Notes under the pieces: generated by a model
What the model saw: only the letters and a program-made list of their open reading frames with translations
Databases searched by the model: none
What the model was told of the DNA's origin: nothing
Position numbers and translations under genes: made by a program
Part shown: in pieces, positions 1-9,185 of the stretch
How the letters are laid out: every line of letters begins with the position of its first letter
Numbering within the stretch: position 1 is the first letter of the stretch
Assembly (NCBI GenBank): GCA_963997395.1
Contig: CAXEMW010000003.1
Location: 1 to 34,877 of the forward strand
DNA from: an uncultured Planctomycetaceae bacterium
Lineage (GTDB): Bacteria; Planctomycetota; Planctomycetia; Pirellulales; UBA1268
Direction of reading: 5' to 3'
DNA length: 34,877 nt

Positions 1-856
1 CATGATCCCCATAGTTGATCCATGGTCCGTTGTCCGACGTGAAGACCACAAGGGTTTCATCCGCAATGCCTTCTTCATCGAGGGCCTGAAGCACCTGACC
101 CAGCGACCAGTCCAGCTCCTGCATCACATCCCCATAGAAACCCTGTTCACTACTGCCCTTGAATCGAGCATCAGCACCGAGCGGCACGTGCGGCTGGGGA
201 TGAGCCAGATAGAGGAAGAAGGGAGCATCCGCATTGCGGTGGATGAAGTCCACGGAACGTTCAGTCAAACGACGTGTGATCGCATCCTGGTCTTCATAGT
301 CCTCGATGATCTCGATAGGCTGATCACCTTCGATCATTGGTAGCTTTGGCCAATTCTTCGGCGTGACAGGATGCCCGGGCCACATGTCATTCGAATACGG
401 GATTCCAAAATACGTATCAAACCCCTGAGCCCGTGGAAGAACTTCGGGCTGATATCCAAGGTGCCACTTCCCAAAGCAGGCCGTCACATAACCCTGACCT
501 TTCAGATGATCAGCAATCGTATGCTCGCTAGGATTGAGCCCTTTTTTCGATGTCGGGAAAAGAACGTGCTGGTGCATGCCAACGCGTTTCGGATAACAAC
601 CAGTCATCAAAGCTGCACGTGAAGGCGTGCAGACAGGCGAAGCAACCATAAAGTTCGTAAACTTTCGGCCTTCTTTGGCAAGGCGGTCAATATGTGGTGT
701 GTTAATTGTCTCTGAACCAAAACAACTCAGGTCACCGTACCCCTGGTCATCAGCAAAAATAAGTATGACGTTTGGCTGTGCGGCATCTCCCTGTGAAAAG
801 CAAGCGAACACACATAAAGTGAATATCCACAACGTTTGAAGATATCGATATGTCAT
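1..856 (-). CDS. Arylsulfatase-like Cys-type sulfatase (family S1), N-terminal part; runs off the left edge
   Basis: Missing from the ORF track because there is no stop in the window. Manual translation from ATG at 856: MTYRYLQTLWIFTLCVFACFSQGDAAQPNVILIFADDQGYGDLSCFG...VCTPSRAALMTG...FGKWHLG...PFFLYLAHPQPHVPL...LVVFTSDNGPW. This gives a signal peptide, the CxPxR motif, GKWH and the SDNG motif. Confidence 0.93.
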   Translation of the reverse strand, partial: MTYRYLQTLWIFTLCVFACFSQGDAAQPNVILIFADDQGYGDLSCFGSETINTPHIDRLAKEGRKFTNFMVASPVCTPSRAALMTGCYPKRVGMHQHVLFPTSKKGLNPSEHTIADHLKGQGYVTACFGKWHLGYQPEVLPRAQGFDTYFGIPYSNDMWPGHPVTPKNWPKLPMIEGDQPIEIIEDYEDQDAITRRLTERSVDFIHRNADAPFFLYLAHPQPHVPLGADARFKGSSEQGFYGDVMQELDWSLGQVLQALDEEGIADETLVVFTSDNGPWINYGDH

Positions 857-980
857 TTATTTTTCCTTCAAAAATGAATACTGATTCCGAACACCGCCCC
901 GAAGACTTTAGTTGAACATCTCAAACAAACCAGAACAAGATTCTGTTGCACGGCCTGCCTGATAAGCCCATGCCGCCGGC

Positions 981-2438
981 CTAATTCTTTTTAGTGGAGC
1001 GAGTTGACCGAGGAGAATATTGAAACCCAAGCCGAGTTAAACCCCGCTCGACATGGGCATTTTGATGCAGATACTTCCATATCAGTTGTGAGGCATAGTT
1101 CTCAAACATCAAGGCGACAATGCCCTTGTCTATTGCAAGATATGACTTCGCGACCCAAGGCCTGCCGTTTTGAGATTTGGTCTGAAAACTATATGCGTCG
1201 TAGAGCCCATACCTGCCGGTTAACTCAGGAATCGCTCTCATATACTCAAACGCAGCCCTCGATTGTTTCGGTGTACAAACAAGAAATCCTAGAGCGCCGT
1301 ATGGTGCAATCGTGCCATCCATCAGCAGAAAGTCCCGGTCGGCTGGCATGGAACCGTAGTGGCCAGAATACCCGTCAGTGGGACTCATGCACGCAGACAT
1401 CCCCCACGAGTTCTTTCCTAAGCCTTTCACGGATCCTGATGAATCTATCGCAAATCGTTGTGCCGCGAGAGACGCCTGACGAGAGTTTTCGAACCAGTCG
1501 AAGCCTTTGTGATCAACCATATTTCGAAAATCGAGAAAGCAATGACTCCACTGGTACACAAACGCCGAACCGGTCCGACAATATACAAACGGCTTGCCTT
1601 TATAAGAGCCCACGGGTGTCTGCATAGCGGCATATGGACGTGAGTCGATTGCATGCTTCTCTTCCGGCGACCCCGCGGCCAGCACGTACATAATGAGATG
1701 CTCTGAATAGGCCGCCCAGTGACCAAACATTCCCCGTTCGTCAACACGCTTCCCTTCAGGCACCTGCTCTGGGTGGCACGCCATATAAAAATGCTGCTGC
1801 TTCGTGTCAAGAAACCAGTTCCAATCAATGCGTTTATAAAGTTGCTCTACACGATCACGAACATCGCCTCCAAAATATTCCGCAGCGACAATCGCTCCAG
1901 CAATCATTGTTGCTGTCGACATGTTCGAGACTTCGACGTTCTTACTACGCCACCCGGGACCACCAGTTTTGAGATCAATGAAGTGGTAGTAGAAACCGTG
2001 GAAGTGACGCAGTTGCAAAAGTGAATCAAGTGCAGCAAGAACTCTCTGCCGACCCGCCTCCCTTTCAATCCAGCCTCTCTCAACACCAAGAATGATGATC
2101 GGAAAGTAAAACCCCTGGCTCTCTATAGCCAGTGGCACGTACCGATGGATCCCAACATAGTCTCCCGCATTCAAGCCATAGGTAGGGAGCGATTCGTCAC
2201 GGACCCACTCATTCCAGAAAAAGTCGAAACAGCCTCGCAACTCTTCCTCCATATCCACCGTGAGTGGCTGAGGATCTGCGGCAACAGGAAACTTTTGCTC
2301 TAACTGCTCATGTTCAGCAGTATCTGCCTTCACGATTCCAGATACAAAACTGTTTTCATCAGTGCTCGCGGACAAGGCAAGGCCAGCTGCAACAAGGCTC
2401 ACACAACAAAGATGACGACAACCGAATCGTTCTTTCAT
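981..2438 (-). CDS. Secreted glycoamylase-domain / GH144 (endo-beta-1,2-glucanase-like) glycoside hydrolase
   Basis: 485 aa with a signal peptide. Motifs HGFYYHF, WxxYxExLxxYVLAxGSP, QWSHxFLDFR, DWFENS, WGMSA, DGTIAP, GRYGLYDAY and YLAIDKG..LMFENY match the glycoamylase (PF10091)/GH144 group. Confidence 0.8.
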   Translation of the reverse strand: MKERFGCRHLCCVSLVAAGLALSASTDENSFVSGIVKADTAEHEQLEQKFPVAADPQPLTVDMEEELRGCFDFFWNEWVRDESLPTYGLNAGDYVGIHRYVPLAIESQGFYFPIIILGVERGWIEREAGRQRVLAALDSLLQLRHFHGFYYHFIDLKTGGPGWRSKNVEVSNMSTATMIAGAIVAAEYFGGDVRDRVEQLYKRIDWNWFLDTKQQHFYMACHPEQVPEGKRVDERGMFGHWAAYSEHLIMYVLAAGSPEEKHAIDSRPYAAMQTPVGSYKGKPFVYCRTGSAFVYQWSHCFLDFRNMVDHKGFDWFENSRQASLAAQRFAIDSSGSVKGLGKNSWGMSACMSPTDGYSGHYGSMPADRDFLLMDGTIAPYGALGFLVCTPKQSRAAFEYMRAIPELTGRYGLYDAYSFQTKSQNGRPWVAKSYLAIDKGIVALMFENYASQLIWKYLHQNAHVERGLTRLGFQYSPRSTRSTKKN

Positions 2439-2455
2439 CCCCTCACGCTCCGTGG

Positions 2456-4048
2456 CTACTCGTCAACATTTTTTGGCACATTATATTCAGCACGAAGCTC
2501 AGCCAGCTTCCCTTGAAGACGCTCTCTCACTTTTCTGTAAGCAGAGTCATCATAAACGCTCTGCAGTTCATTAGGGTCTTTCTCCAAGTCGAACAACTCC
2601 CACTCCTGACTCGGCTGGTAGTAGCTGATTAACTTGTACCGATCTGTTCGCACACCTTCGAACCGCGGCAGGTTGTATGCTGTATCCATGTAGTAGTGGT
2701 AATAGATTTCCTGCCGCCAGTCCGGTGGCAATTGCCCTTGAAGCAAGGGCACAAGCGAACGCCCCTGCACCTCATCCGGAACGGCCACACCAGCCACATC
2801 AAGAAACGTTGGGGCGTAATCAATATTTTGAACCATCTGGTTGATACGAGTGCCCGGCTTGATAACAGCGGGCCAACGCATGAGCAATGGCATTGATAGA
2901 CTCTGTTCATACATCCAACGCTTGTCATTCCAGCCGTGCTCACCAGTGAAGAAGCCTTGGTCGGAGCTGTAAACCACGAGCGTGTTTTCAGCGAGGTCAT
3001 GCGAGTCAAGCCAGTCAAGAATCCGGCCAACGTTATCGTCAATCGCTGCAACACAACCGAGATAGTCTTTCATAAAACGCTGATACTTGTACCGATCAAG
3101 CGTCCGTCCCTTCAGCGCACCTTCTGCCAAGAGCCGTCGATAGTCTTTGTTCTCTGAATCGTACGCCTGATGAAACGCAACCCGCTGGGAGGATGTCATT
3201 CGTCCCAAGAACTGATACGGACGCTTTCCACCGTCATATTCACCCTGTGGAGGCGTAATATTCAGCACATGATCAGACATGCCAAAAAGACGCATCCAAC
3301 ATTTTTTTGCATATGAAGAACGTCCTTCGTAGGTGTCGAAAAGTGTTGCCGGCTCTGCCACCCGTTGCCCGTCGAGTATGTTCATATGTCGTGGCGGTGG
3401 AATACGATGAATATGCGGTGACTTGTACTGGCACATCAACAGAAACGGCTGCTTTTGTTGTGACTGCTTATTCATCCAATCGATTGATACATCTGTAATA
3501 ACGTCAGTTGAATACCCTTCAACCTGAAACGACCGACCATCAGAGCAGCGAAACTCTGGGTTGTAGTAATGCCCCTGTCCACCAGCTCCCTCGAGCACCT
3601 GCCACTCGTCAAATTCGTCTGTGGGCCAGCCCCGCAAATGCCACTTCCCGAAAAGCGATGTAGCGTATCCTGCTGCTGAAAGAGCACGTGAGAAAACAAA
3701 CTGATCACCATTCCACTGCGAGCCGTTACGCAGAACGCCATTTTTGTGACTATGCTTGCCGGTCAGAATCGTCGCCCGAGACGGACAGCAGATTGAGTTA
3801 GCGCAATAACTCCTTGAAAACAATGCCCCCTCGCGAGCGATTCGATCAATATGTGGCGTTTTATTGAGTCCGCTGCCATAGGCACCAAGAGCACGAAGGG
3901 CGTGGTCGTCGCTGAAAATGAAGACAATATTCGGAGGAGCTGCTGACAGAAAGCTCCAGAGAGATCCAACAATACAGCAAGCCAGAAACCATGTGATACG
4001 AGAACACCTTCGATGCACGCCACACTCTCGGCACAAAGATTGTTTCAT
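2456..4048 (-). CDS. Sulfatase, N-acetylglucosamine-6-sulfatase / mucin-desulfating-like
   Basis: PNIVFIFSDDH, ICCPSRATILTGKHSH, GKWHL, YQRFMKDYL, YSSDQGFFTGEHGWNDKRWMYE, YYHYY, GVRTDRYKL; signal peptide. Confidence 0.92.
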   Translation of the reverse strand: MKQSLCRECGVHRRCSRITWFLACCIVGSLWSFLSAAPPNIVFIFSDDHALRALGAYGSGLNKTPHIDRIAREGALFSRSYCANSICCPSRATILTGKHSHKNGVLRNGSQWNGDQFVFSRALSAAGYATSLFGKWHLRGWPTDEFDEWQVLEGAGGQGHYYNPEFRCSDGRSFQVEGYSTDVITDVSIDWMNKQSQQKQPFLLMCQYKSPHIHRIPPPRHMNILDGQRVAEPATLFDTYEGRSSYAKKCWMRLFGMSDHVLNITPPQGEYDGGKRPYQFLGRMTSSQRVAFHQAYDSENKDYRRLLAEGALKGRTLDRYKYQRFMKDYLGCVAAIDDNVGRILDWLDSHDLAENTLVVYSSDQGFFTGEHGWNDKRWMYEQSLSMPLLMRWPAVIKPGTRINQMVQNIDYAPTFLDVAGVAVPDEVQGRSLVPLLQGQLPPDWRQEIYYHYYMDTAYNLPRFEGVRTDRYKLISYYQPSQEWELFDLEKDPNELQSVYDDSAYRKVRERLQGKLAELRAEYNVPKNVDE

Positions 4049-4275
4049 CGTGTCATTCTCACCATACGGAACACCATCATCAGCTCAGCGTACTCACTCG
4101 CCACATGGTTGGCTACACTCCTGCGTATGGCAACCTGTTTCACAAATCGAGTAGATTGAACCACAAGCTCAATCCTATTCTCCAGACCACAAGCCAACCT
4201 GTCATCTAGAAGAATCTGTTTTACAAGGCCTCGTGATCCTGAGCACTTCACCTCCCTTTTTTAACCAAAAACACC

Positions 4276-5715
4276 GTGCATCAACACCGCAGTCTCTGTC
4301 TTGCTTTTTTATTGTGCTGTCTTGTAGGTAGTGCTCGCGCGGCATCGCTAAACATTATTATTTTTTTTGCTGATGATCTTGGTTATGGCGATGTGGGGTA
4401 CCAAGGTGGCGACCTCCCAACACCTCACATTGATTCGATTGCGCACAATGGCGTTCGGTTTACTGATGGCTATGTCACCTGCCCTGTATGTGCGCCTTCT
4501 CGCGCCGGACTTCTCACTGGTCGCTACCAACAGCGGTTTGGCTTCGCCGATAACCCTGGCCCTTTTCAGCGCGAAGACGCACGCTACGCTGGCATTCCCC
4601 CATCTCAGCCAATACTTTCAGAACGACTTAAGGCCCTCGGGTATAGCACGGGCATCTTTGGCAAAACGCACGACGGGGTAACTGAAGAACAAATGGCGTT
4701 CGAACGATGGGATGAATTCTTTGGTTTCAATAATGGTGCTTCGAATTACATTAGCGAACTCAACCGCCGCCACAATCCTATTTTTCATAACCGAAGTATC
4801 TTGAATCAGTCACTAAACAATCAGACAATACCTCGAAGTGACTTGCTCGATAACGGTGTCATACACTCAAGCGAGACTGAGTACCTCACCGACAGTATCG
4901 GTGATGCAGCCGTCGAGTTTATAGACAGGCACAAAGAGGGTCCGTTCCTTTGCTATATCCCCTTTAATGCAATCCACGGACCATTCCAAGCACCACGACA
5001 TCTTGTTGACATGTTTTCAGATGAACCAGACGAGAATCGCCGGCTCGTCAAAGCGATGCTCCATTCACTTGATCAGAATGTGGGAAAGGTCATCCAGTGC
5101 GTGCAAAAAAATGACCTTGAGTCTCAGACTCTGATCATCTTTCTCAGTGATAACGGAGGTCATGACTATTCACCAAACACACCGCTACGCGGCAAAAAAG
5201 GCACGATGTGGGAAGGTGGTATTCGTATTCCGTTCTGCATGCAGTGGCAAGGAATCATTCCTTCTGAAAGCACGTATCACCGTCCCGTGAGTTCGCTTGA
5301 CATACTTCCCACTGCAATTGCCGCAGCAGGTGGAACGATCGCTCCAGAATGGAAACTTGATGGGGTCAACCTGTTGCCATATGTCTGTCAAAAAAACATG
5401 TCCGATGAACGTCCACATAACGATCTCTATTGGAGTCTTGGTCCTCGTCTGGCAATCCGTGACTTCGATTATAAATTAGCAACTGATGATGGAAAGACGT
5501 ACCGCCTGTTCGATTTAGCGACCGACAATGGCGAGAAAACAAACCTCATCGAGTCCAAGCCCGCACTTGCCAATCGGCTTCGCAGAAAACTTCATACCTG
5601 GAAAGACACTCTTCCACCAAACAATGCTGGGTGGAATCCGGCAATTGGACCAAAGCGGCCTGACTTTGGAACACCACAACCCTACCACCGTTTGCCCTCA
5701 TTATCTCAACCTTAA
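4276..5715 (+). CDS. Arylsulfatase-like Cys-type sulfatase
   Basis: GTG start; signal peptide ending ARA; NIIIFFADDLGYGD, VCAPSRAGLLTGRYQQRFG, FNAIHGP, FLSDNGG, LRGKKGTMWEGGIRIPF. Confidence 0.92.
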   Translation: MHQHRSLCLAFLLCCLVGSARAASLNIIIFFADDLGYGDVGYQGGDLPTPHIDSIAHNGVRFTDGYVTCPVCAPSRAGLLTGRYQQRFGFADNPGPFQREDARYAGIPPSQPILSERLKALGYSTGIFGKTHDGVTEEQMAFERWDEFFGFNNGASNYISELNRRHNPIFHNRSILNQSLNNQTIPRSDLLDNGVIHSSETEYLTDSIGDAAVEFIDRHKEGPFLCYIPFNAIHGPFQAPRHLVDMFSDEPDENRRLVKAMLHSLDQNVGKVIQCVQKNDLESQTLIIFLSDNGGHDYSPNTPLRGKKGTMWEGGIRIPFCMQWQGIIPSESTYHRPVSSLDILPTAIAAAGGTIAPEWKLDGVNLLPYVCQKNMSDERPHNDLYWSLGPRLAIRDFDYKLATDDGKTYRLFDLATDNGEKTNLIESKPALANRLRRKLHTWKDTLPPNNAGWNPAIGPKRPDFGTPQPYHRLPSLSQP

Positions 5716-5745
5716 GACTGGATTCCCACCCCAGAATATGAAAAC

Positions 5746-6942
5746 ATGCCAAACACAAAACCTCCTTTCCGTTATTCACATGTGCTGGCCATTGCCCTTT
5801 TATGGGCAACCTCGTCGTTCGTACTGAGCGCTGATGTAGGCCCGCCAAAGGCTACAGACAGCGAATTAGCCAAGGCCTCATACACTGAGGAAAAAAAACT
5901 CAGAGATTTGCCCAGTGCATTTATTGACACAAGCCCAAATGCCGAGGACGGACTTGCAGTAGGCACGCTTGGCATTGATGGCGGCGAGGTTGATGCCATT
6001 CTCCAATTTGCGAATGAGATTGCTGCCGGCGCGCATGGCGAAGTTGATAGTTTGTTGATCTCGTACTGCGGCAAACTAATTTTTGAATCATATTTTAGAC
6101 GGGGTCGGGTGAACTATCCTCACTACCAGATGTCTATTACCAAGTCCTACACCGCCCTTGCCATTGGGCGAGCGATCCAGTGTGGCTACCTCACCATGGA
6201 TGATCTCGAACGTCCAGTTTATGAATTCCTTAAGGAACTTGACCCGACACGATTTGCCAAGGGAGCGGCAACAATCACTCTGGCTGATGTAATGACGATG
6301 CGGTCGGGCATTCGAATTCCACAAAATGTCCAGCAACAAATCAGATCAGACACTGCGAAGAATCAGGGGCAGCATCAAGTGCAGATGTTCTTTGAACGCA
6401 CTGCACCAATTGGATCTGTACCTCGTGAGTTTAAATACCAGGGCATTGACCCAGCTATTACCATGCACGTGCTTGAGGCAGTGGTACCCGGATCCGCTGA
6501 TAACTTTTTAAAAAAAGAACTCCTCGAAAAACTTAAAATATTACAGTTTCATTGGCCAGACGATATCAACGGCCTACCGAAGAGTGCCGCAGGGAGCAGC
6601 ATGCGTTCTCGTGACATGATGAAGTGGGGACTTCTTGTTCGCCAACACGGGCAATTCAACGAACAACTACTGATTCCTCCTGAATTCATGAAGCAGGCAA
6701 CCAGTCCTCTATGCGAGCCATCAGAGACGAACTCGTACGGTTTCTTTTTTTGGCAGAGTAACGCTGAGGTTGGTGAAACAAAAACAGAGTGCATCACATG
6801 TCGCGGTGCTGGCGGCCAGTTCATTTTTTTCTTTCCGAAGCGAGACGTGATCGCTGTTGTCACGTCTCACAACAAAGGAATGGGGCCGCTTCTCAAGACG
6901 CTTCCGAGCAGGGTTTTGCCCTCTTTTCGACACATTAAATGA
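5746..6942 (+). CDS. Secreted serine hydrolase, beta-lactamase class C / 6-aminohexanoate-dimer hydrolase-like
   Basis: SxxK motif (MSITKS), LADVMTMRSG, FKYQG (Tyr motif), YGFFFW, RGAGGQ; signal peptide. Substrate unknown. Confidence 0.85.
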   Translation: MPNTKPPFRYSHVLAIALLWATSSFVLSADVGPPKATDSELAKASYTEEKKLRDLPSAFIDTSPNAEDGLAVGTLGIDGGEVDAILQFANEIAAGAHGEVDSLLISYCGKLIFESYFRRGRVNYPHYQMSITKSYTALAIGRAIQCGYLTMDDLERPVYEFLKELDPTRFAKGAATITLADVMTMRSGIRIPQNVQQQIRSDTAKNQGQHQVQMFFERTAPIGSVPREFKYQGIDPAITMHVLEAVVPGSADNFLKKELLEKLKILQFHWPDDINGLPKSAAGSSMRSRDMMKWGLLVRQHGQFNEQLLIPPEFMKQATSPLCEPSETNSYGFFFWQSNAEVGETKTECITCRGAGGQFIFFFPKRDVIAVVTSHNKGMGPLLKTLPSRVLPSFRHIK

Positions 6943-7087
6943 GTGTGTTCTCAAAACGGAACGAAGGCATACATAACGCTTCGAAAGCCCACTTTCCTTC
7001 CACGAGCAACTGAGATACACGACGCAAGTGCCTGCAGCGAGACATCTCTCCAAACAGAGTAAAACCATCTACGTCACAATAGTTTTC

Positions 7088-7109
7088 CTGACGAAAAACC
7101 TTTCATCAG
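7088..7109. promoter_or_regulatory. Palindromic operator candidate CTGAcGAAA-AACC-TTTCATCAG upstream of DUF1559 copy 1
   Basis: 8/9-bp inverted repeat with a 4-nt spacer. The equivalent palindrome sits at almost the same distance upstream of the copy 2 promoter. Confidence 0.55.
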
Positions 7110-7149
7110 CTCTCGTTCCGTAAAGGCTGGGGCTTTAAAATACCGAAAC

Positions 7150-7178
7150 TTGTGATATTCCCACTCGTTGGCTACATT
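7150..7178 (+). promoter_or_regulatory. Sigma70-like promoter TTGTGA-N17-TACATT for DUF1559 copy 1
   Basis: Exact 17-nt spacing. Both boxes are conserved in the paralogous region (9045-9073) while most of the spacer has diverged. Confidence 0.65.
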
Positions 7179-7280
7179 TTGGAAGTACGGTAGTGGGTGG
7201 GTTTTGGCATTTTTCATTCATTGGATTGAGATCCTTCTCGCCGTTTTTTTCTTCATTTACTTTTTTCCGGAGTTTTTGTC

Positions 7281-8357
7281 ATGCGTTTCCACAATACGTC
7301 TCGCTCACGCGGGTTTACGCTCATTGAGCTGCTCGTTGTTATTGCAATCATTGGTGTCCTTGTTGGGCTTCTTCTGCCGGCTGTTCAGCAGGCTCGTGAG
7401 GCTGCTCGCCGCTCAAGTTGTCAAAACAATTTGAAGCAACTTGGTCTTGGTCTCGCGACAACCGCAGATCAAAACGCGTGGAAAAGTGACAATCACTTTC
7501 CTCCATCCATTGAATTGAGAGACAATTCAAATACCTCTCTTTCAGCATGGTCGACTGGTGCAACCGGTGCTAAGGGACATACATGGGGAGTACAGATTCT
7601 TCCTACTATTGAACAATCTGCTTTGTATAGCGCACTTGAAGGAATGGGTACCAATGGTTTTAATTCACCATACCCGGGCAATTGGGGGCAGACTATTGGC
7701 CCAAACAGCCCCGCTGGTAGTGCGACTGTGTCAGCGTTCGTTTGTCCATCATGGAGCAATGGCGTTACTGACATTGACGGCGAAAACGTCACAAAACTAG
7801 TCAACAGTCGACCGAGTGCGCAAGGTGCTTCAAACTATCGTGCAAGCGTTGGACAACTCTACTGGGCTGTGTCACTTGTTGGAGCTTCAACAGGCACCCA
7901 ACCCTGGAAAAACCACGACTCAGCCGTCAATCAAGCACGAATCGGCGCCTTCAAAGTTGCAGCGAAGACTGGTATTCCTGCAAAAGATGGATGGACTGGT
8001 ATGGGTGAGTTCCTTGATGGGCTTTCAAACACGGTTCAACTTGTCGAAAACGCTTCCGCTGCGAGGTGGTGGTTTAACAATCGTTACTCAATTAGCTGGA
8101 TCAACACCGCTTGGTGGAATGGCACAAATAACGCAGCTAACGGCGTGCAATACACCCACGGCAGAACCCAAGGAAGTGTTGCCAACGGCACCGACTGGAG
8201 AAAGAACTACATGAACGGTAGCTCCGGGCACACTGGTAATCTTTTCGGAGTCACCATGGCCGACGGCTCGACAAAATTTGTCAGTTATAATGTTGACCGT
8301 GATGTCTGGCTGGAAGCAATTACGAAGGCAAGTGGCAACGTGAATGGTGACTTTTAA
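7281..8357 (+). CDS. DUF1559 (SBP_bac_10) type IV prepilin-like protein, copy 1
   Basis: Class III signal SRG|[44 protein letters not shown]; W..ILP.IEQ..LY; FVCPS; DGLSNT; C-terminal [13 protein letters not shown]. Confidence 0.95.
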   Translation: MRFHNTSRSRGFTLIELLVVIAIIGVLVGLLLPAVQQAREAARRSSCQNNLKQLGLGLATTADQNAWKSDNHFPPSIELRDNSNTSLSAWSTGATGAKGHTWGVQILPTIEQSALYSALEGMGTNGFNSPYPGNWGQTIGPNSPAGSATVSAFVCPSWSNGVTDIDGENVTKLVNSRPSAQGASNYRASVGQLYWAVSLVGASTGTQPWKNHDSAVNQARIGAFKVAAKTGIPAKDGWTGMGEFLDGLSNTVQLVENASAARWWFNNRYSISWINTAWWNGTNNAANGVQYTHGRTQGSVANGTDWRKNYMNGSSGHTGNLFGVTMADGSTKFVSYNVDRDVWLEAITKASGNVNGDF

Positions 8358-8387
8358 GTAGCTTGTGGCCAAAATATTGAGGACACA

Positions 8388-8425
8388 GTGTGTGGCAGTA
8401 GCCGAATCAGGGTGCTGCCACACAT
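8388..8425 (+). other. Intercistronic stem-loop between the DUF1559 gene and the lipoprotein gene
   Basis: GTGTGTGGCAGTA (8388-8400) pairs with TGCTGCCACACAT (8413-8425), 13 bp including two G-U pairs. There is no clear U-tract. Confidence 0.6.
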
Positions 8426-8495
8426 ATTGCTATTTGAAACGACATCCGCACAACACTTTTTATTTCGAGTAAACCAACAGATCAAAGGAAATTTA

Positions 8496-8873
8496 ATGAA
8501 AAACTCTTTACTTATTGTGGCGGCCGCAATGATTCTATTGGCCGGCTGCAATTCGGCAGTCGAGGTTCCTCCTGAAAACGTACAGATGCGAATGGACTAC
8601 ATGTCATTCTTGCGAGAAATGAATAACCGCCAACAAGTTCAAGGTGGATATGTCCGAGAAATTTCTCAAGCTGCTGGAGAACTTACAGACAACGATACCG
8701 ATAAAGAGAAATTAGTCTCACTTTCAAAGGAGCTTCTGAAGGCAAAGGGTGAAGACGTCTCTCGACTTTGCGTTGAAATGGGGAAGCTCATTCCATTAGG
8801 TGAAGGCTACGAAGACTATTACCCATCAGCGAAGAACTCGGGGGGGTCTGTTGGCGTAGATGATCAACAATAA
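8496..8873 (+). CDS. Small helical lipoprotein (125 aa), partner of DUF1559 copy 1; unknown family
   Basis: AAGGA SD before ATG 8496; MKNSLLIVAAAMILLAG|C lipobox; homologous to 10397-10792. The ORF-track start at 8388 is too far upstream. Confidence 0.85.
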   Translation: MKNSLLIVAAAMILLAGCNSAVEVPPENVQMRMDYMSFLREMNNRQQVQGGYVREISQAAGELTDNDTDKEKLVSLSKELLKAKGEDVSRLCVEMGKLIPLGEGYEDYYPSAKNSGGSVGVDDQQ

Positions 8874-8883
8874 CTCCAACATT

Positions 8884-8911
8884 CTGGAATCTGTTTTAGA
8901 TCCAGTTTCTT
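8884..8911 (+). terminator. Possible weak intrinsic terminator after lipoprotein 1
   Basis: CTGGA(a)TCT-gtttt-AGATCCAG hairpin followed by TTTCTT. Confidence 0.4.
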
Positions 8912-8984
8912 GTTGTGCCAGCAAGCATCTACAACCAAAAACCCCTAGCAACCAAATAATTGGAGATTTTTTCAATAGCGATGC

Positions 8985-9004
8985 GCATGAAACCGATTTC
9001 ATGC
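8985..9004. promoter_or_regulatory. Perfect palindromic operator candidate GCATGAAA-CCGA-TTTCATGC upstream of DUF1559 copy 2
   Basis: Perfect 8-bp inverted repeat. The core TGAAANCGNTTTCA resembles LacI/GalR-family operators, and it is positionally equivalent to 7088-7109. Confidence 0.6.
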
Positions 9005-9044
9005 CTTGTGCCGGTTAAAGCCTGAGTTCTCTCAATAACGAATC

Positions 9045-9073
9045 TTGTAGTATTTCGAGTTTCGCATTACAGT
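9045..9073 (+). promoter_or_regulatory. Sigma70-like promoter TTGTAG-N17-TACAGT for DUF1559 copy 2
   Basis: Exact 17-nt spacing; paralogous to 7150-7178. Confidence 0.65.
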
Positions 9074-9185
9074 TTGTTGTACGAGGGCTTGGGGTTTTTG
9101 TATTTTTCATTCAAATCTGATTGATGGTCTCAAGCCATAATCTTCGACTTTTTTTCCTTTATTCACTTGCTACGGAGTGTTAATC

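Noticed and set aside
2-839. Plus-strand ORFs 2-343, 371-622 and 627-839
   Set aside because: They are antisense shadows of the minus-strand sulfatase at 1-856, which has clear catalytic motifs.
4131-4226. Short direct repeats (CTGTTTc/tACAA, ACCACAAGC) in the divergent region between two sulfatases
   Set aside because: Only two copies each, 9-11 bp, irregularly spaced and without a properly spaced -10 box; cannot be distinguished from chance.
7168-7434. Hydrophobic 88-aa ORF overlapping the start of DUF1559 copy 1 (possible leader or membrane peptide)
   Set aside because: Its Phe richness comes from the T-rich leader, its TTG start lies inside the predicted promoter, and cassette 2 has no counterpart.
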